A DNA stretch of 64,000 nt, taken from Antechinus flavipes. Taxonomy: Eukaryota. The notes beneath the pieces are model-generated. The model was not told where the DNA came from. It saw nothing but the letters and a program-made list of their open reading frames with translations, and ran no database searches. Positions 1 to 14,325 of this stretch are shown here, one piece after another. The translations under genes were made by a program, and so were the position numbers. The stretch's first letter is position 1. Every line of letters begins with the position of its first letter. The stretch is from assembly GCF_016432865.1 (NCBI RefSeq), contig NC_067401.1:190278001-190342000 (forward strand). The letters run 5' to 3'.

Positions 1-744
1 ATATTAAAGGAAAACATGTGGTGGGTGTAGAAGAAAGACTGTAATTCTAATGAAATGGACCAATCTGTTCATTCAGATTCATTCATTCATTTGCTGCTCC
101 ACCCTAGCAAGTATAAAGGTTTTCCCATTTCTGTGCTCAGTGCTCCCTCTTCCCAAAGAGAAATGGGGCCTACTTCTGGCCAGAAATGTTGAATCGATTC
201 CTTTGAGATTCTAATTTAGTAAAATTAAAAAAAAAAAAAAAAGATTCTTTAGTAAAATTTCCTTAATCTCTGATTTTCAGTGTCAAGAATGTTATTTCTA
301 ATAATTTCAAGAAAAAAATTTCCTGAGTCATTGGGGATAATTCCAGGAATTTATCCCATTTTGAAAGATGGGAGTGGAAAAAAAAAAGGCAAATAGCAAC
401 TTTTGACTAACTATTCTTTCACTCCTATCTTGTCTGGAGTTCCCTTCTGGTCCATTTGAAAGAAAAATATGGTACACTTTATATAGAGGCTAAGCTAGCA
501 CCCCAGAAGGTAATAAGGGACCCTCTCCATAACCCTGATCACTCAGGATGCTCCACTCCCCAGAGTCCTGAGTGTATCTCAGTTGTGAGGATTGCTAACA
601 AGATCAATATATTCCATATCCCTCTGTTAGCTCCTCTCATCTCAGATCAGAATAAGAAAAGAGAGAATTCTGCTCCACCTATAGAAATGGGGGATCCAGC
701 AGTGGGGACCCCATATACCTTGCCCAAGCACATCCCCAACCCAG

Positions 745-1216
745 CTTGGGTGGTAGGTGGTGGAGTGGAGGTCAGGCCCCCAAGTTCAGCATTCCCTGAA
801 CCCTGGCACCTGAAACTACTATCAAAGTGAGATCTTGGCCCCATCTACCCCAACCTTCAACAGGTTGCCCCTGCAACCTGCCTGGGAAGAATTTGGTTAC
901 CCCATGGCAGCACCAAGGTGGTAGTGTGAATTGAGAAAGTCAGTCAACCTTTGCATTTGGTAAGCCCATCATTTTCTGTTTCAATTGCAGATATGTATTA
1001 GTGATCTAATTGATGGTAAATTATTTTATCTCTGCTCAGTTTTCTGATTTCTAAAGAGAAATAATAATGGTTGTTGCGAAGATCACATGATTGTTTAGTA
1101 TAAAGCAAATGCTATATAAAGTTAACTGCTTTATTGGATATATTTAATTCATATTTAATAACTTTATATGGGTTTTTAGCTGTAAGTGACATCTATTGCC
1201 AATGTTGAGATACATG

Positions 1217-1259
<43 letters not shown>

Positions 1260-3945
1260 AAGTCATTTGAAAGCAAATTCAACTAAATTAAAATTATCAC
1301 ACCTGGGCTCTCCAGAACTAGGAGGATAGTGCATAGAGGAAAGAGGATTTCTTTTTCTTTCTTTTCCCTTCCCTCCTTCTTTGACTGCAACAGGAATACA
1401 TGGATGGAGGGGTGAGAGGAAAAGAAAGAAAATATACTCAGTTCAATGAAATTTGTTATTTGAGATACAATAATAAAGCAGTTTTAAAAGAGCTTTAATC
1501 ACAACCTATAAGGGATATGTAAATTGTAATCTATTTTTACTGACGATGTTAACAGAAGATTTAAGTGTTTGAGAACTTTAGGAAAATAGAAAGACAATTC
1601 ACTGCTACTTTAAAAACTCTGGTAACAAACAGTCTGTTTTTGCATTACTTGGAGTCAGACTTCCGGAGGTCCTATCAATAAAAACTGGCACACAAAAGAG
1701 AAATGATTTGTGTGAACTGAAAAATAACCAAATGGCAATTCAGTTTGTCTGGGACATTTAATGAGAATTTAGGGAATCTCATAAATCTCAATAAGTCAAT
1801 TTTACAATAATTTTTAAAGTGGTGTGTATTTTAAGATAGGAAATTTAAGTGTAGATTATATGAGACCTCTATTCATTTTTTATGATAGATTCTGTTCTAT
1901 CTCAGTTTTAAGAATTGTCTTGTTTTCTCACTAAAACAAAAGGGAAACTTGTTTAAGGGAACAGGAAGGGAAGCTGGAATCTTCCCTGAGAACTTCCAAA
2001 GCTGCAATAGCTTGGGGACAGAATAGACTGATCAACTAAAAGAAGGTGGAAAGTTTATTTAAGCCTTGCTAACCCTGTTTTATGTAATTTGGGAATTAGA
2101 TATTTCCACCTTTGCTAGAAAATTAAGGGGAAATTACAGCTAAGACTATTTGGCTATAACTTTTGAAAATTCTAACATTGTTAACTAAGTTATTTGGAGT
2201 TATTGTCATCATGTTAAAGCTAAAATTGGTCATTACTGTGCATGGAACTAGTTTGAGAGTGTGCAGCACCTTTTTCCCTTCACAGAATAGGGGAAGGTAT
2301 CATACAGCACAGCTCAAGGAAGCTGATTAATTGGGATGGGCAACAACAAGCTCAGCTCCTTCTTTGGAATCTGTCAACTCTCCTTAATTTGTAAGCTTGA
2401 CAGTTTTCTTGAAACCTTTAAGATAAGCAAGATCATCAGCCCTAAAAAATGAGCTTGTTTGGAATATGTAGTTCCCAAACAAGAAATGTGTTTATTAAGA
2501 ATCTATAAGCTGCTTTAATGATTGGTACTTGCACCAGGATGAGTTTAAACTCAAGAAAAAGAAAACAAAACCACATTAAACACAATCTCCTATGTCTGTG
2601 AGTTCCGGTAGACTTTTATTGTTTATTGCAACATCATGAGAATCAAAAAATGTATATTTAGCCCTAAGAATGATTAGTAGAATTTGTTATTAGAGATAAA
2701 AGTCTCTTGGGAACATAACTAATATTCTTTTGAGTTTTGAATTGGAATATGATTGTCTGATGGATCAAGTCAGTAACTCATTGTTAGGTTAAGATTTATG
2801 ATTTGCTCCTACAGAATGGTTCGCTCCCACAACAAGACCTAAGATGCCAAGTTGTATGAAAATGTTTAATAACAATGAAATATTAAAAAAGAAAACAAGA
2901 ATTGACAGTGCATTTCTTACAACAAAAACACTTAATGTATCCTATGATTAATATAACTAGTACAATACAAAGAGACAGACTAGAGGAGGAGAGAAGAAAG
3001 AATACATCACGGATACAGGGAAGCACCAGCTTTGCAGCCCTTAGGCTTGGGGAATCCCGGATTACAGTCCTGCAAATCTCAACTGGGAGGGTCCCAGGCA
3101 GAGCATCCTCTCCATGGGTGAGATTCCAATTTGGGTATTGATCTATTATGACTTAAATAGCCCAGGGAACAAAGGTGGTGGCAATACTGACTTCATTTTC
3201 TTGAGACAATCCAGAAGGGGGGCCAGTTCTGCCAGAGTCTGTCAAGAGTGAAGCTTTACTCCTGGAGTGGCTAGTTCCAGTATACAAATAACATGTCCTT
3301 AGCGGATTTGGCTAGAATCCACCCAGGATGGCATTCTTTAAACTATATTTGTTTCTGGGGTTATTTAGCAGCTGTATAACAAGGGTGATTAATAGTTCAT
3401 TGTATTGTGATTATTCTATGGATGTGGAGTGAAATTGAGGGTTGAGACCTATGGAATCTTATCCTTATACCTAGATGTTTTACCCACCATTCAAGAGAAA
3501 TGCCATGTTACTTAGAAAAATGCCTTTTTGAACTGTCACAGGTGAAGACAAGAGGTCTGGGGAAGAGCTGGGAGGATAATCTTAGCCTCTGTTCAAGGTT
3601 GGATCCTTCTGACTTAGTTTCCCAATTCTGTTTCTTTGTTTCCCACCTGATTTATTCCTGAGTCTGGCTATAAGGTGGAATTGTTATTACATGGTTGGTT
3701 GTCAAACAAGAGCTAAGGATGCTGTTTTCAGTCTGAAAATATGTATTCATTTTATCCTAAGTAATTAGGTAAATGACTAGCTATATACCTGTATGAAATT
3801 AGATCCCTAAAATGATACACTGGTCCCATAGGACCTAACTGTTATTCTATTGATCATTGAAATAGAATTTGAAACATCTTTGGTAAAGGTTTATATCTAA
3901 TCACTCCCTAAATCTGTCTCAAAGAAACAACTGTGTACTTTCCTA
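745..3945 (+). mobile_element. AT-rich ERV internal module, copy 1
   Basis: Collinear similarity to 25620-28020 (e.g. GGAGTGGAGGTCAG, AAATTATTTTATCTCTGC, CTAACTGTTATT). Contains an extra LTR-like insertion at about 2860-3540. Confidence 0.7.
1218..1256. repeat. (TG)n microsatellite
   Basis: Perfect TG run. Another (TG)n lies at 26603-26642. Confidence 0.95.
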
Positions 3946-3961
3946 GGCATGGCTAGATTTT

Positions 3962-4605
3962 TAAAAAATTAATTAATTAGAAAAATTTTATTAAAGCTTT
4001 TTATTTACAAAATATGTGCATGGGTAATTTTTCAACATTGACCCTTGCAAAGCCTTCTGTTCCAAATTATACTCTCTTCCCCCTACACTCTTCCTCAGAT
4101 GGCAGTTAATTCAATACATGTTAAATATGTTAAAATATATGTTAAATCCAACATACACACACACACACATTTATGCAGTTATCTTGCTGCACAAGAAAAA
4201 TCGGACCATGAAGGAAAAAAAAATTGGGAAAAAAAACCAAAATGCAAACAAACAACAACAGAAAGTGAGAATGCTATGTTGTGGTCCACACTCAGCTCCC
4301 ACGGTCCTTTCTTTGGGTGTAGATAGCTCTCTTCATCACTGAACAATTGGAATGGGTTTGAATCATCTCATTGTTGAAGAGAGTCACGTCCACTGAACTG
4401 ATCATCATATAGTACTGTTGAAGCATATAATGATCTCCCAGTTCTGCTCATTTCACTCAGCATCAGTTCATGTAAGTCTCTCCAGGCCTCTCTGAAATCA
4501 TCCTGCTGGTCATTTCTTACAGAATAGTATTCCATAGCATTCATACACCATAATTTATTCAGCCATTCTCCAATTTACGGGCATCCATTCAGTCTCCAGT
4601 TTCTT
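3962..4605 (-). mobile_element. 5'-truncated L1 3' end
   Basis: TSD GCATGGCTAGATTTT at 3947-3961 and 4606-4620. Same family as 10238-10575 and 21953-22272. Confidence 0.85.
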
Positions 4606-5384
4606 GCATGGCTAGATTTTGTAATTATTCAGGGCTCTGACACATTTCCTCTCCATTGGGGCCCTCATCAAGCTAAGGCTTTTATGACCCTGAAAGCAAA
4701 ATCAACTTCTGCCTCAGCATTAGCCTTACCTCATTTTGAAAAGCCTGAACTCTGTATGTTAATGAACAATGGAGCCAGGGCTTAGGGGTCTTACTCAGTC
4801 CCAGGCCTATTGCTTACTCCTCAAAGCAACTTGGTGTCCATGAGGAGGGTCATCTCCTGCCTTAGAGCAGTGGCTACCATAGCCCTTCTAGTTGAGGAAA
4901 CCCCCAAGCTCACCCCAGGCCAACCATTGGAGGTTCTAACTCCACACTGGGTTCAGAGCACTTTTGGAAGCCAAAAGTCGTCAGTGGTTTGCTGGTGGGA
5001 TGCTTGCCAGATATCAGACTCTCCTGTTAGACATTCCCGACTTGATTCTCCAAATGCGTCACACTTTCAACCCTGCCACCCTCCTCCCTGCCAGCACTCA
5101 GATGACATCCTTTACAATTATGAGGAAGCTTTAGGTTCTGTCTACTCCAGTCAACCTGACTTAAGGGACAATCCTCTCTCAACCCAGATGGTGAATGGTT
5201 TACAGATGGGTATGTTTTTTTTTGAAAATGAAGAAAGGAAGGTGGAAGACAGGTTACTCTGTAATGAACCTCAATAACACCTTGGAGGCTAAATCACTCA
5301 CCCCAGACATCTGCTCAGAGAACCAAATTCATGGTCCTCATCAGAGCTTTAGAATTGGGGAAAGGCCCCCTGCATCCCTATTTT

Positions 5385-5545
5385 CTTTTCTTTTCTTTTC
5401 TTTTTTTTTTGCTGAGGTAATTGGGATTAAGTGACTTGCTCAGGGTCACACAGCTAGGAAGTGCTAAGTATCTGAGACCAGATTTGAACTCAGAAACTCC
5501 TGACTTCAGGACTGGTGCTCTATCCACTGCACCACCTATCCGCCC
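5385..5545 (-). mobile_element. WSINE1-like CORE-SINE
   Basis: tRNA-derived head, GTGTGACCCTGAGCAAGTCACTTAA core, poly(T) tail, TSD CTGCATCCCTATTTT. Confidence 0.85.
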
Positions 5546-6443
5546 CTGCATCCCTATTTTCATTGGTCACAAGCTGGGAGAAACTATTAAACAGATTGGT
5601 CAGGGCTGCCTAATTTGTGTCCAAATAAATCCTAAATGGGCTCCTAACTCCCCTCTCCCCCTTCAAGTCTTCCTCTGGGTAGGATTCCTGGTTACTGTTC
5701 TTGCTAACCCCCATACTAACTTCACTTTTGATTATTCTTTTTTGGTCACATTTGGCCCCGGAAATTTTAATCTACTTGTGAGATTTGTTTATTACAGACT
5801 CCAAGCCATTAACTTCCAAATGCTTGTTCAACCTGAATATCACCTGCTACCTGATCCTGACACTCAGCAACCCCTGGATGCTGCTGCCTCTACTTTCAAG
5901 TCACATGTCTCCTCTCTATGCCCCTTATCAGTTTGAAGCAGCTCCAGATGATGAGACCTTTATCCCTTTGTCTCAAATGAATTTGGCTCTCAACTGAGGT
6001 GGGTGAATAATGGAGTGCAGCTTCTTTGGAAATGTCACCCTGAGGCCCTCGATCTTAGAACAAACATTGCTGACTGTCAGATGAACAATCTATTTGTCAA
6101 TAACCTTAAAGTGTCCTGGCCTTGGAGTGGCAACAACTCTGAGGTCACCTGACTTTAGGGGTACTGTAGTCCTACAAACATTGCTGACTGGTAAACAATC
6201 TGTTAGTCAGTGATAATAAAATTCCTGAGACAATAGTGAATAGACCACCCCTCAAACCTATCTGTAAGCCATAAAATTAGCAAATAAGTAACATGAAGTT
6301 CCTGATAGCTCTTTTTCCTAAAATTTATCTTCTTACTCCTGGGTCTTTGTTACATTCTTTTGAAACTTAGCCCACTTCAATTGGCTTTACAATTATAATA
6401 AAATTTATCCCTTACCTTGCAGATGGATTCAAGCCTGCAAATT

Positions 6444-7128
6444 ATTATTATTATTTTTTATTATAGTTTTTTATTTACAAGTTATATGCCTGGGTAATTT
6501 TTCAGCATTGACAATTGCCAAACCTTTTGTTCCAATTTTTCCCCTTCTTCCCCTCACCCCCTCCCCCAGATGGCAGGTTGACCAATACATATTAAATATG
6601 TTAAAGTATAAATTAAATACAATATAAGTATACATGTCCAAACCGTTATTTTGCTGTACAAAAAGAATCGGACTTTGAAATAATGTACAATTAGCCTGTG
6701 AAGGAAATCCAAAATGCAGGCGGACAAAAATAGAGGGATTGGGAATTCTATGTAATGGTTCATAGTCATCTCCCAGAGTTCTTTTGCTGGGTGTAGCTGG
6801 TTCAATTTATTATTGCTCTATTGGAACTGATTTGGTTCATCTCATTGTTGAAGAGGGCCACGTCCATCAGAACTGATCATCATATAGTATTGTTGTTGAA
6901 GTATATAATTCTCTCCTGGTCCTGCTCATTTCACTCAGCATCAATTCATGTAAGTCTCTCCAGGCCTCTCTGAAATCATCCTGTTGGTCATTTCTTACCG
7001 AACAATAATATTCCATAATATTCATATACCACAATTTATTCAGCCATTCTCCAATTGATGGGCATCCACTCAGTTTCCAGTTTCTGGCCACTACAAAGAG
7101 GGCTGCCACATACATTCTTGTACATACA
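6444..7128 (-). mobile_element. 5'-truncated L1 3' end
   Basis: A/T-rich tail; TSD AAGCCTGCAAATT/AGGCCTGAAAATT. Homologous to 11650-12205 and 22808-23319. Confidence 0.85.
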
Positions 7129-7394
7129 AGGCCTGAAAATTCTTTTGAGACATCTCGTGACACTGGTCGGAAACCCCAACCTTTTGGGATCTCATTTGAA
7201 CCTTAACACTACTAATTTTGAAAAAATATGTTACTATTTACAATTGTCCTTTGTGTAACAATCATTTGGAGGAAGCTAAGCTGGTGAGACTAACTTATTA
7301 TTCTATTATTCTTCCCTTGAGGATTGATCAGGGAAAGTAGTTTTTATTCTAAACTCCTAAAAGACCTTGTCTTACATTTCCAATTGTCTTTTAG

Positions 7395-9060
7395 ACATCT
7401 TGAACCAGTTATCCTATGTTATATCTATGGATAAAGGAAAACTTTATGACCAAGCAAGAGATAGAGAGCATTATAAGATATAAACTGGATAATTTTGATT
7501 ACATCAAATTTAAAAGGTTTTACACAAACAAAACTAATGCAGGCAAGATTAGAAAGAAAGAAGGAAACTGGGAAAACATTATTACAGCAAGTTTCTTAAA
7601 TAAAGGACTTATTTCTTAAATATATAAAGAACTGAGTGAAATTTACAAATCTGTGTCCTTCCTCAATTAAAAAATGGTCAAAGGATATGAACAGGCAGTT
7701 TTCAGAAGAAATCAAAGCTATTTGTAGTCATATGAAAAATGCTCATGTCATTTATTGACTAGAAAAATACAAATTAAAAGACCTCTATCTATCAAATAGG
7801 ATAATATGACAGAAAAGGAAAATGATAAATGTTGGCAGGGATGTGTACTGCTACACTGTTGGTAGAGTTGTGAATTGATTCAACCATTCTGGAGGGCAAT
7901 TTGAAACTTTGCCCAAAGAGCAATCTTTGATCCAGCAATACCACTACTAAATGTATCCCAAAGAGATCAAAGTAAAAGAAAAAGAAAAAGATTTAGTGCA
8001 GCTGTTTTTATTTTTGTAGTGGCAAACAATGGGAAATTGACAAGATATCATCCATCTATCAATTGGGGAATGGCTGAACAAGTATATGATTGTGACAGAA
8101 TACTATTGTGCTATAAGAAATGATGAGCATGATAATTTCAGAAAAACCTGGGAAGACTTACATAAATTGATACAAAATGAAATGAGCAGAACCAGGAGAA
8201 TATTTATATATAGTAACAGCAGTACTGTACAATAATCAACTGTGACTGACTTAATTATTCTGGACAATTCTGGAGACTAATCTGAAGTTATCCCTAAAGG
8301 GCAAAACCTTAGCTCTACATACCCTTTAACCCACAATACCTCTGTTAGGTAAACAGGGAAAAAGGAAAAGAACCTATCTGACAAAAATATTTATTACGGC
8401 TCTTTTTGCAGTGGCAAAGAATTGTGAATTGAAGGGATGCCCTTCAGTTAGGAAATGGCTGAACAACTTGTATATAAAAGGGACACTAGGTGACATAGTA
8501 GATGGAACTCTGGGCCTGTAACCAGGGAGAATGGAGTTCAAATACAGCCTCAGAGATTTACTACCTTTGTGGCCCTGGACATTAACCTTGTTCACCTCAT
8601 TTCCAGATCTGTAAAATGAACTGGAGAAGGAAATGGCAGACCACTTCAGTATCTTAGTCAAGGAAACTTCAAGTGAGGTCACAAAGAGTCAAACACAACT
8701 AAACAACAAAAATATAATTGTGATAGAATACTACTATGCTGTAAGAAATGACAAGCAGGCTTTTTTAGAAAAACATGGGAAAAAATTGCATGAAATAATG
8801 CAGAGTGAAATGAAAAGAATCAAGAGATTGGTGAATACAGGAACAGCAATATTGTTCAAAGAATAACTGTGAATAATTAAACTATTCTGAATAACATGAA
8901 TATTCAAATTAACTATAAAGGAAAATATTCACCTCCATAGAAAGAATTGAAATATGGAAATATGTATTATCCATTTATATCTTATTAAATGTTGAACTTC
9001 TCTAATGTGGAGTTAGGAGGGAGAGTTGTTTCAAACAACTCAAAACTCAAAATGTAATGA
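7395..9060 (+). mobile_element. Older L1 ORF2/3' fragments
   Basis: ORF2-like peptides (LWIKENFMTKQEIE..KLDNFDYIK) with many stops; interrupted by a CORE-SINE. Confidence 0.7.
8470..8710 (+). mobile_element. Mar1/Ther-type CORE-SINE
   Basis: CORE plus GGAGAAGGAAATGGCAGACCAC tail. Similar copies at 32320-32565 (-), 39318-39545 (+) and 45625-45855 (+). Confidence 0.7.
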
Positions 9061-10237
9061 AAAAATAAATATTTTTTTTTAAAAAAGAAAATAGCTTACT
9101 GGTTGATCTACCTACTAGTCTTTCTCCACTCCATTCAGCCATCATAGTGATTTTCCTGAAGTGAAAGTTTGACCATTTCACCCCTAACACAGTCAACTCT
9201 AATGACTTCTTATTCTGGCATTTAAAGCCCTTCATAACTAAATTCTCTCTCCCTTCATCTTTCCCATCTTTTTATACTTTATATCTCCCTACTAACTCTT
9301 GGATCCAGTGACATTGGCCTCTTTGCTTTTCTTGTCCAAAATAATCCATCTTTCAACTTCTTGCATTTTCATCTATTTTCTTCCATACTTGAAATGATCT
9401 CCTTTCTCATCTCCACCTTCTGGCTTCCCTGGCTTCCTTCCAGTATCAACCAAAATTCTATCTTCTACATGAAGTTTTTCCTGATACCTCTTTTAAAAAA
9501 CATTTTAATTTAATATTTTATTTTTCCCCAGTTACATGTAAAACTATTTTTCAACATTTGTTTTTTAAATTTGTTGATTTCCAGATTCTTTCCCTTCTTT
9601 TCTCTCCACTTTTTCCCATAAAGCATTGTGAAATTATGCAAATCATTTCCACAAGTCATATTTTAAAAGAAAACATAGGACCTCTCCCCCACCCCCCAAA
9701 ATAAGCCAACCCAAAAAGCTTCAAGAAATAAAGTTTAAAAAAAGTATGATTCGATCAGTACTGAGGCACAATCAATTCTTTCTCTGGATTTGGATAGCAT
9801 TTTTCATCATAAATCTTTCAGAGTTATCTTGGATTCTAATACCTCTTAACAATAGTCCATTATATCTTTATTATTTCTAACGTATCTTGTATATATCTTT
9901 TGGTACTTAGTCATTTTCATGTTGTCTCCCCCATTAAATTGTGATCTTTTTGAGAGCAGAAGGAATCTTTTATCTTTTTTTTTTTTTTTTAAGGAACTCG
10001 GGGAACCTGGAATTTTAAAATCTGAATTTAGATACTAGCTGTTTACACAACATACAAAATGGTAGGGACTACATTAGTGTAACAGGCAGCACTGAGCAGG
10101 CAGGGGGTGCTCTGTCCTTCTGTATGAATACTATGTCATGCTTACAGCAAGACAGAAGGTTCTGTCCTGTAAATAATACATGTTTTACCCTAGCATCAAG
10201 TCCTTTACCCACATCTCTTCAAGTTCTCATTCTTTTT

Positions 10238-10575
10238 TTTTTTTGTTTTGTTTTTAATTTTATCATTTAATTTTTATTCTTTCTTTATTCTTATTAAAGC
10301 TTTTTATTTACAAAACATATGCATGGATAATTTTTCAACATTGACCCTTGCAAAACTTTCTGTTCCAAATTTTCCCCTCTTTTCTCCCATCCTCTCTCCT
10401 AGATGGCAGATAGTTCCAATAACAAGTATGTTAATATATATTAAATCCAATATATATATACATATTTATTCACTTATCTAGCTGCACAAGAAAAATTGGA
10501 TCTAGGAAAAAACAAAACCTGAGAAGGAAAACAAAATACAAGTGAACATCAACACAAAGTGTGAAAATACTATGT
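10238..10575 (-). mobile_element. L1 3' end fragment
   Basis: T-rich tail and the shared AAAGCTTTTTATTTACAAAACATATGCATG signature. Confidence 0.75.
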
Positions 10576-11649
10576 TCTCATTCCTTTTGAAAAGCATTAA
10601 CTATCTCTTAGGAGGTTTTTTGGTTTGTTTTTCCCCAAAGAACCTTAAAGCAGAAGAATTTCTTCTCTCTGATTCTACCATGCAGCACCAGCTCTTTTAG
10701 ACTTTATTCCAAACTCCTCTTGCTCTTCATTCATTTGTGCTGAATTTCTTGCATGCTGAACATTTTGTAAACAAGGGGAAAATATGTTCTAAAATGTATA
10801 TAGCAGTTCTCTTGGTGGTGACAAAGAACTGGAAATTACTGGGATGTCCATCAAGTGGATAATGGCTGAACAAGTCATGCTATGATTGTGATGGAATACT
10901 ACTGTGCTATAAGAAATAATGAGCTCAATGAGTATAGAAAAACACTGAAGGACTTGCAGGAAAAAATGAAAATGAAATGAACAGAACCAAGAGAAGACTG
11001 TAAACAGTAACAGGAGTATTGTTTTAAGAACGACTTTGATTATTATAAATACCCAAATTAACCATAAAGAACATATGAAGAAAGATGCTATTTAAATTCA
11101 GAGAAATATAGACCTATTTTGGTCTAATGGTAGACATCTGGGGGGAGGGAAGAAAAAAAAACTTTAAATGATAATTTTGTTGTATATTTGAAAGGAATAA
11201 CAAGTTGTGTACAGTAGACTTGCAGTGTCGTGAGCAATCATTTTTTTGGTACTGTTATAGAAATACTAGTTTTATTCCATAAATTAAAAATAATAAAAAT
11301 AATTAAAAAAAAATTCTCAAACTGAATGACTTATGCCTCTCAAACTTCTATTCTCTGATGGATCTTCTTTGAGCTCTTTGAGCTCAGTTGGATTTTTCTC
11401 TGAGATCTGTCTGGACTTCTTTCTCCACCATCTCCTCATTTGGATACTTTCTTTCTTCTTACCTATTTTTTGATATAAAATCTAAGTATTTTATATACCA
11501 AGGTTTTAATTTTCTGCTAAAATTAGAGATTTAATTTTACAAAGAGGAATTTAGGATATACTGTTTTTCTTCTTTATTTAATCATTTAGTATTTTATCTT
11601 TTCCCAATTACAATTTTAGCATTTTTTTCCTTTCAAATTTTGAATTCTA

Positions 11650-12205
11650 TATTATTGTTCTGTAAAAAATGACCAACAAGATGATTTCGGAAAGGCCTGG
11701 AGAGATTTACAAGAACTGATGCTGAGTGAAATGAGCAGGACTAGGAGATCATTATATACTTCAACAATACTATATGGTGATCGATTCTGATGGACGTGGC
11801 CCTCTTCAACAATGAGACGAACTAAGTCAGTAATGAACTGAACCAGCTACACCCAGTGAAAGCATTCAGGGAGATAACTATGAACCATTACATAAAATTC
11901 CCAATCCCTCTATTTTTGTCTGCCTGCATTTTTTTATTTCCTTCGCAGGCTAATTGTATACTATTTCAAAGTCTGATTCATTTTATATAGCAAAATAACT
12001 GTATGGACATGTATACATATATTGTATTTAACTTATACTTTAACATGTATAACATGTATTGGTTAACCTACCATCTGGGGGAGGGGGTGGGGGGAAGGAG
12101 GGTAAAAGTTGGAACAAAAGGTTTTGCAATTGTCAATGCTGTAAAATTACCCATGCATATATCTTGTACATAAAAAAGCTATAATAAAAAATAAACAAAC
12201 AAACA
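11650..12205 (+). mobile_element. 5'-truncated L1 3' end
   Basis: Ends AAAAAGCTATAATAAAAAA; flanked by CAAATTTTGAATT repeats. Confidence 0.8.
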
Positions 12206-12904
12206 AATTTTGAATTTCAAATTCTCTCCCTCCTTCCCTTCCTGTCCTGTTCATAGGAGGACTTCAGTACCAGCCCAAGTTCTAATCTTGGGTGAGGAGT
12301 GATGAGGTAGAATTCACGAGGATGGTCAAGCAGGAGTCTGATTATTCAAAATATTCTCAGCCTTATATATCCTATGTTTATATAATACACTTACATAACT
12401 ATAGGATACCATGCGTGAACTAAATATAGGATACTACGAATGGGGAACCACATAAAAAACTTGCTATTGTATGCAGATGTTTCTTTGTCACATCAGCATA
12501 ACTCTGTTTCAAGTATAACATAGATTGTCATGCCCTCTGACTTCTCAGGAAGGCTGATATACACTTAGGAGAAATGGGGAGCCAATCCAGACACTGTCAG
12601 CAGAGTTCCTTACTGGACTACTTACCTCTCCCAGAGCTCCCCACTATCTGTAGCCCTCTACACCTTCCCCCTCATTAAGAAAGCAAGCACTTTGACTTAA
12701 GTTATACATTGTAGTTAGGCAAAACACATTCCCATGAAAGTCATTCTGTGGGGAAAAAAAAAAAAAGACAGACAAAAAAATCACAAGAAAAATGAAGATA
12801 AAGCATCTTTGATCAGTATTCAGGCTTTATCTGAAGATGGACAACACCTTTCATCATAGTCCTACAGATTATTTTGGATCATTGCTTAAGAATAGCTAAG
12901 ATTC

Positions 12905-13068
12905 AGGCAGCTAGGTGGCACAATGGATAGAGTACCAGCCCTGAAATCAGGAGGACCTGAGTTTAAATCTGGTCTCAGACACTTAACACTTCCTAGCTGT
13001 GTGACCCCAGGCAAGTCACTTAACCAAGTCACTTAACTCCAATTGCCTCAGGAAAAAAAAAAAAAAAG
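12905..13068 (+). mobile_element. WSINE1-like CORE-SINE
   Basis: GGCAGCTAGGTGGCACAATGGATAGAG head, CORE and A-tail. Confidence 0.85.
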
Positions 13069-13074
13069 CTAAGT

Positions 13075-14130
13075 TATCATTGTACAATATTGTTATTATG
13101 CTGTATACTGTTCTCATAGTTCTCCTCATTTCACTTTGCATCAGTTCATGTAAGTCTTTTCATGTTTTTCTGAGAACATGCTGCTGCTTATCATTTCTTA
13201 AAAGTATAATAATATTCCATTACAATTATATACATAATCATATATGCATTCAGCCATTCCCCAATTGATGGATATCCCCATAATTTTCAATTTTTTACCA
13301 CCACTGCTACAAATATTTTCATACATATAGGTCCTTTTCCTTTTTGCTTTTTTATTTCTTTGGGATACAGATCTAATAGTATTGCTTAGTTAAAGGTTGT
13401 GCATGGTTTTGTACACTTTTAAGCTTAATTCCAAATTGGTTTCTAGAATGGTTGAATTAGTATACAACTTCATCAATAGTTAGTATTTCAATTTTCCCAC
13501 ATCCTCGCTAATTTTTGTTATTTTCCTTTTTTGCCATATTATCCAATCTGACAGGTGTGAGGTAGCAGCTGAGAGTTGTTTTAATGTGTATTTATCTCAT
13601 CAGTAATGATTTAAAGTATTTAAAAATATGATTATAGATAACTTTAATTACTTTGTCTGAAAACTATCATTCATATCCCTTAGTCATTTATCAGTTGAGG
13701 AATGGCTTTTATTTCTACAAAATTTGACTCATTTTTCTATATATTTGAGAAATGAAATCTTTATCAGAGATACTCACCATAAATATCTTTATTCACAGTA
13801 ATTACCAACTATGTATTTCCCTCTATCCTATTCACCCCTGTTTATTCTACTCATACTCTCTCTCCTTTTATCCTGTCCATTCTCAAAAGTATTTTGCTTC
13901 TGACTTTTGCATCCTTCAACTGTCCTCCCTTATATCTCTCTACCTCCACTCGTTTTTCCTTCCCTTCCTACTTTCCTATGTGGTAAGAGACTTCTACACT
14001 CCACTGAGTGTGTATATTACTCTTTCTTTGAACCAATTCTGATGAGAATAAGGTTTACGTGCACCCCTCCCCACTTTCCCCATTGTCTTCTCCACTGTAA
14101 AATCTCTTTCAGGCTCTTATGTCAGATAGT
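13075..14130 (-). mobile_element. Older L1 ORF2/3' fragment
   Basis: Antisense L1 motifs TTTCACTTTGCATCAGTTCATGTAAGTCT and CAGCCATTCCCCAATTGATGG. Confidence 0.7.
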
Positions 14131-14149
14131 TTGATCTATTTTACCTTTC

Positions 14150-14325
14150 CCTTTCCCTTTCCCCCAATGCATTCTTCTTCTTCTACTTGTTCTTCTTGTC
14201 TTTGTTCTTGTTCTTCTCATTGTTCTTCTTCTTCTCTTTCTTCCTTCCTTCTTCCTCTTCTTCTTTTTGTTCCTCCTCTTCCTCCTCTCCTTCCTCATCT
14301 TCTTCCTCCTCTTCTTCTTCCAAAA
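14150..14325. repeat. Degenerate (CTT/CCT)n polypyrimidine tract
   Basis: Low-complexity sequence that produces spurious Ser-rich and Lys/Arg-rich ORFs. Confidence 0.9.

Larger units (their letters stand above)
4625..7208 (+). mobile_element. Class I (gamma-like) ERV remnant: RT connection/RNase H, IN zinc finger, env tail, 3' LTR
   Basis: PIAYSSKQL..CLRAVATIALLVEETPKLTPGQPLEVLTPH; YSSQPDLRDNPL..GEWFTDG; CLICVQINP; FGPGNFNLLVRFVYYRLQAI. The LTR at about 6010-7208 ends TTAACA and is split by an L1. Confidence 0.8.

Noticed and set aside
456-830. 124-aa ORF as a host gene
   Set aside because: No recognisable domain, and its 3' part is homologous to the non-coding ERV module at 25620. Treated as an ERV remnant.
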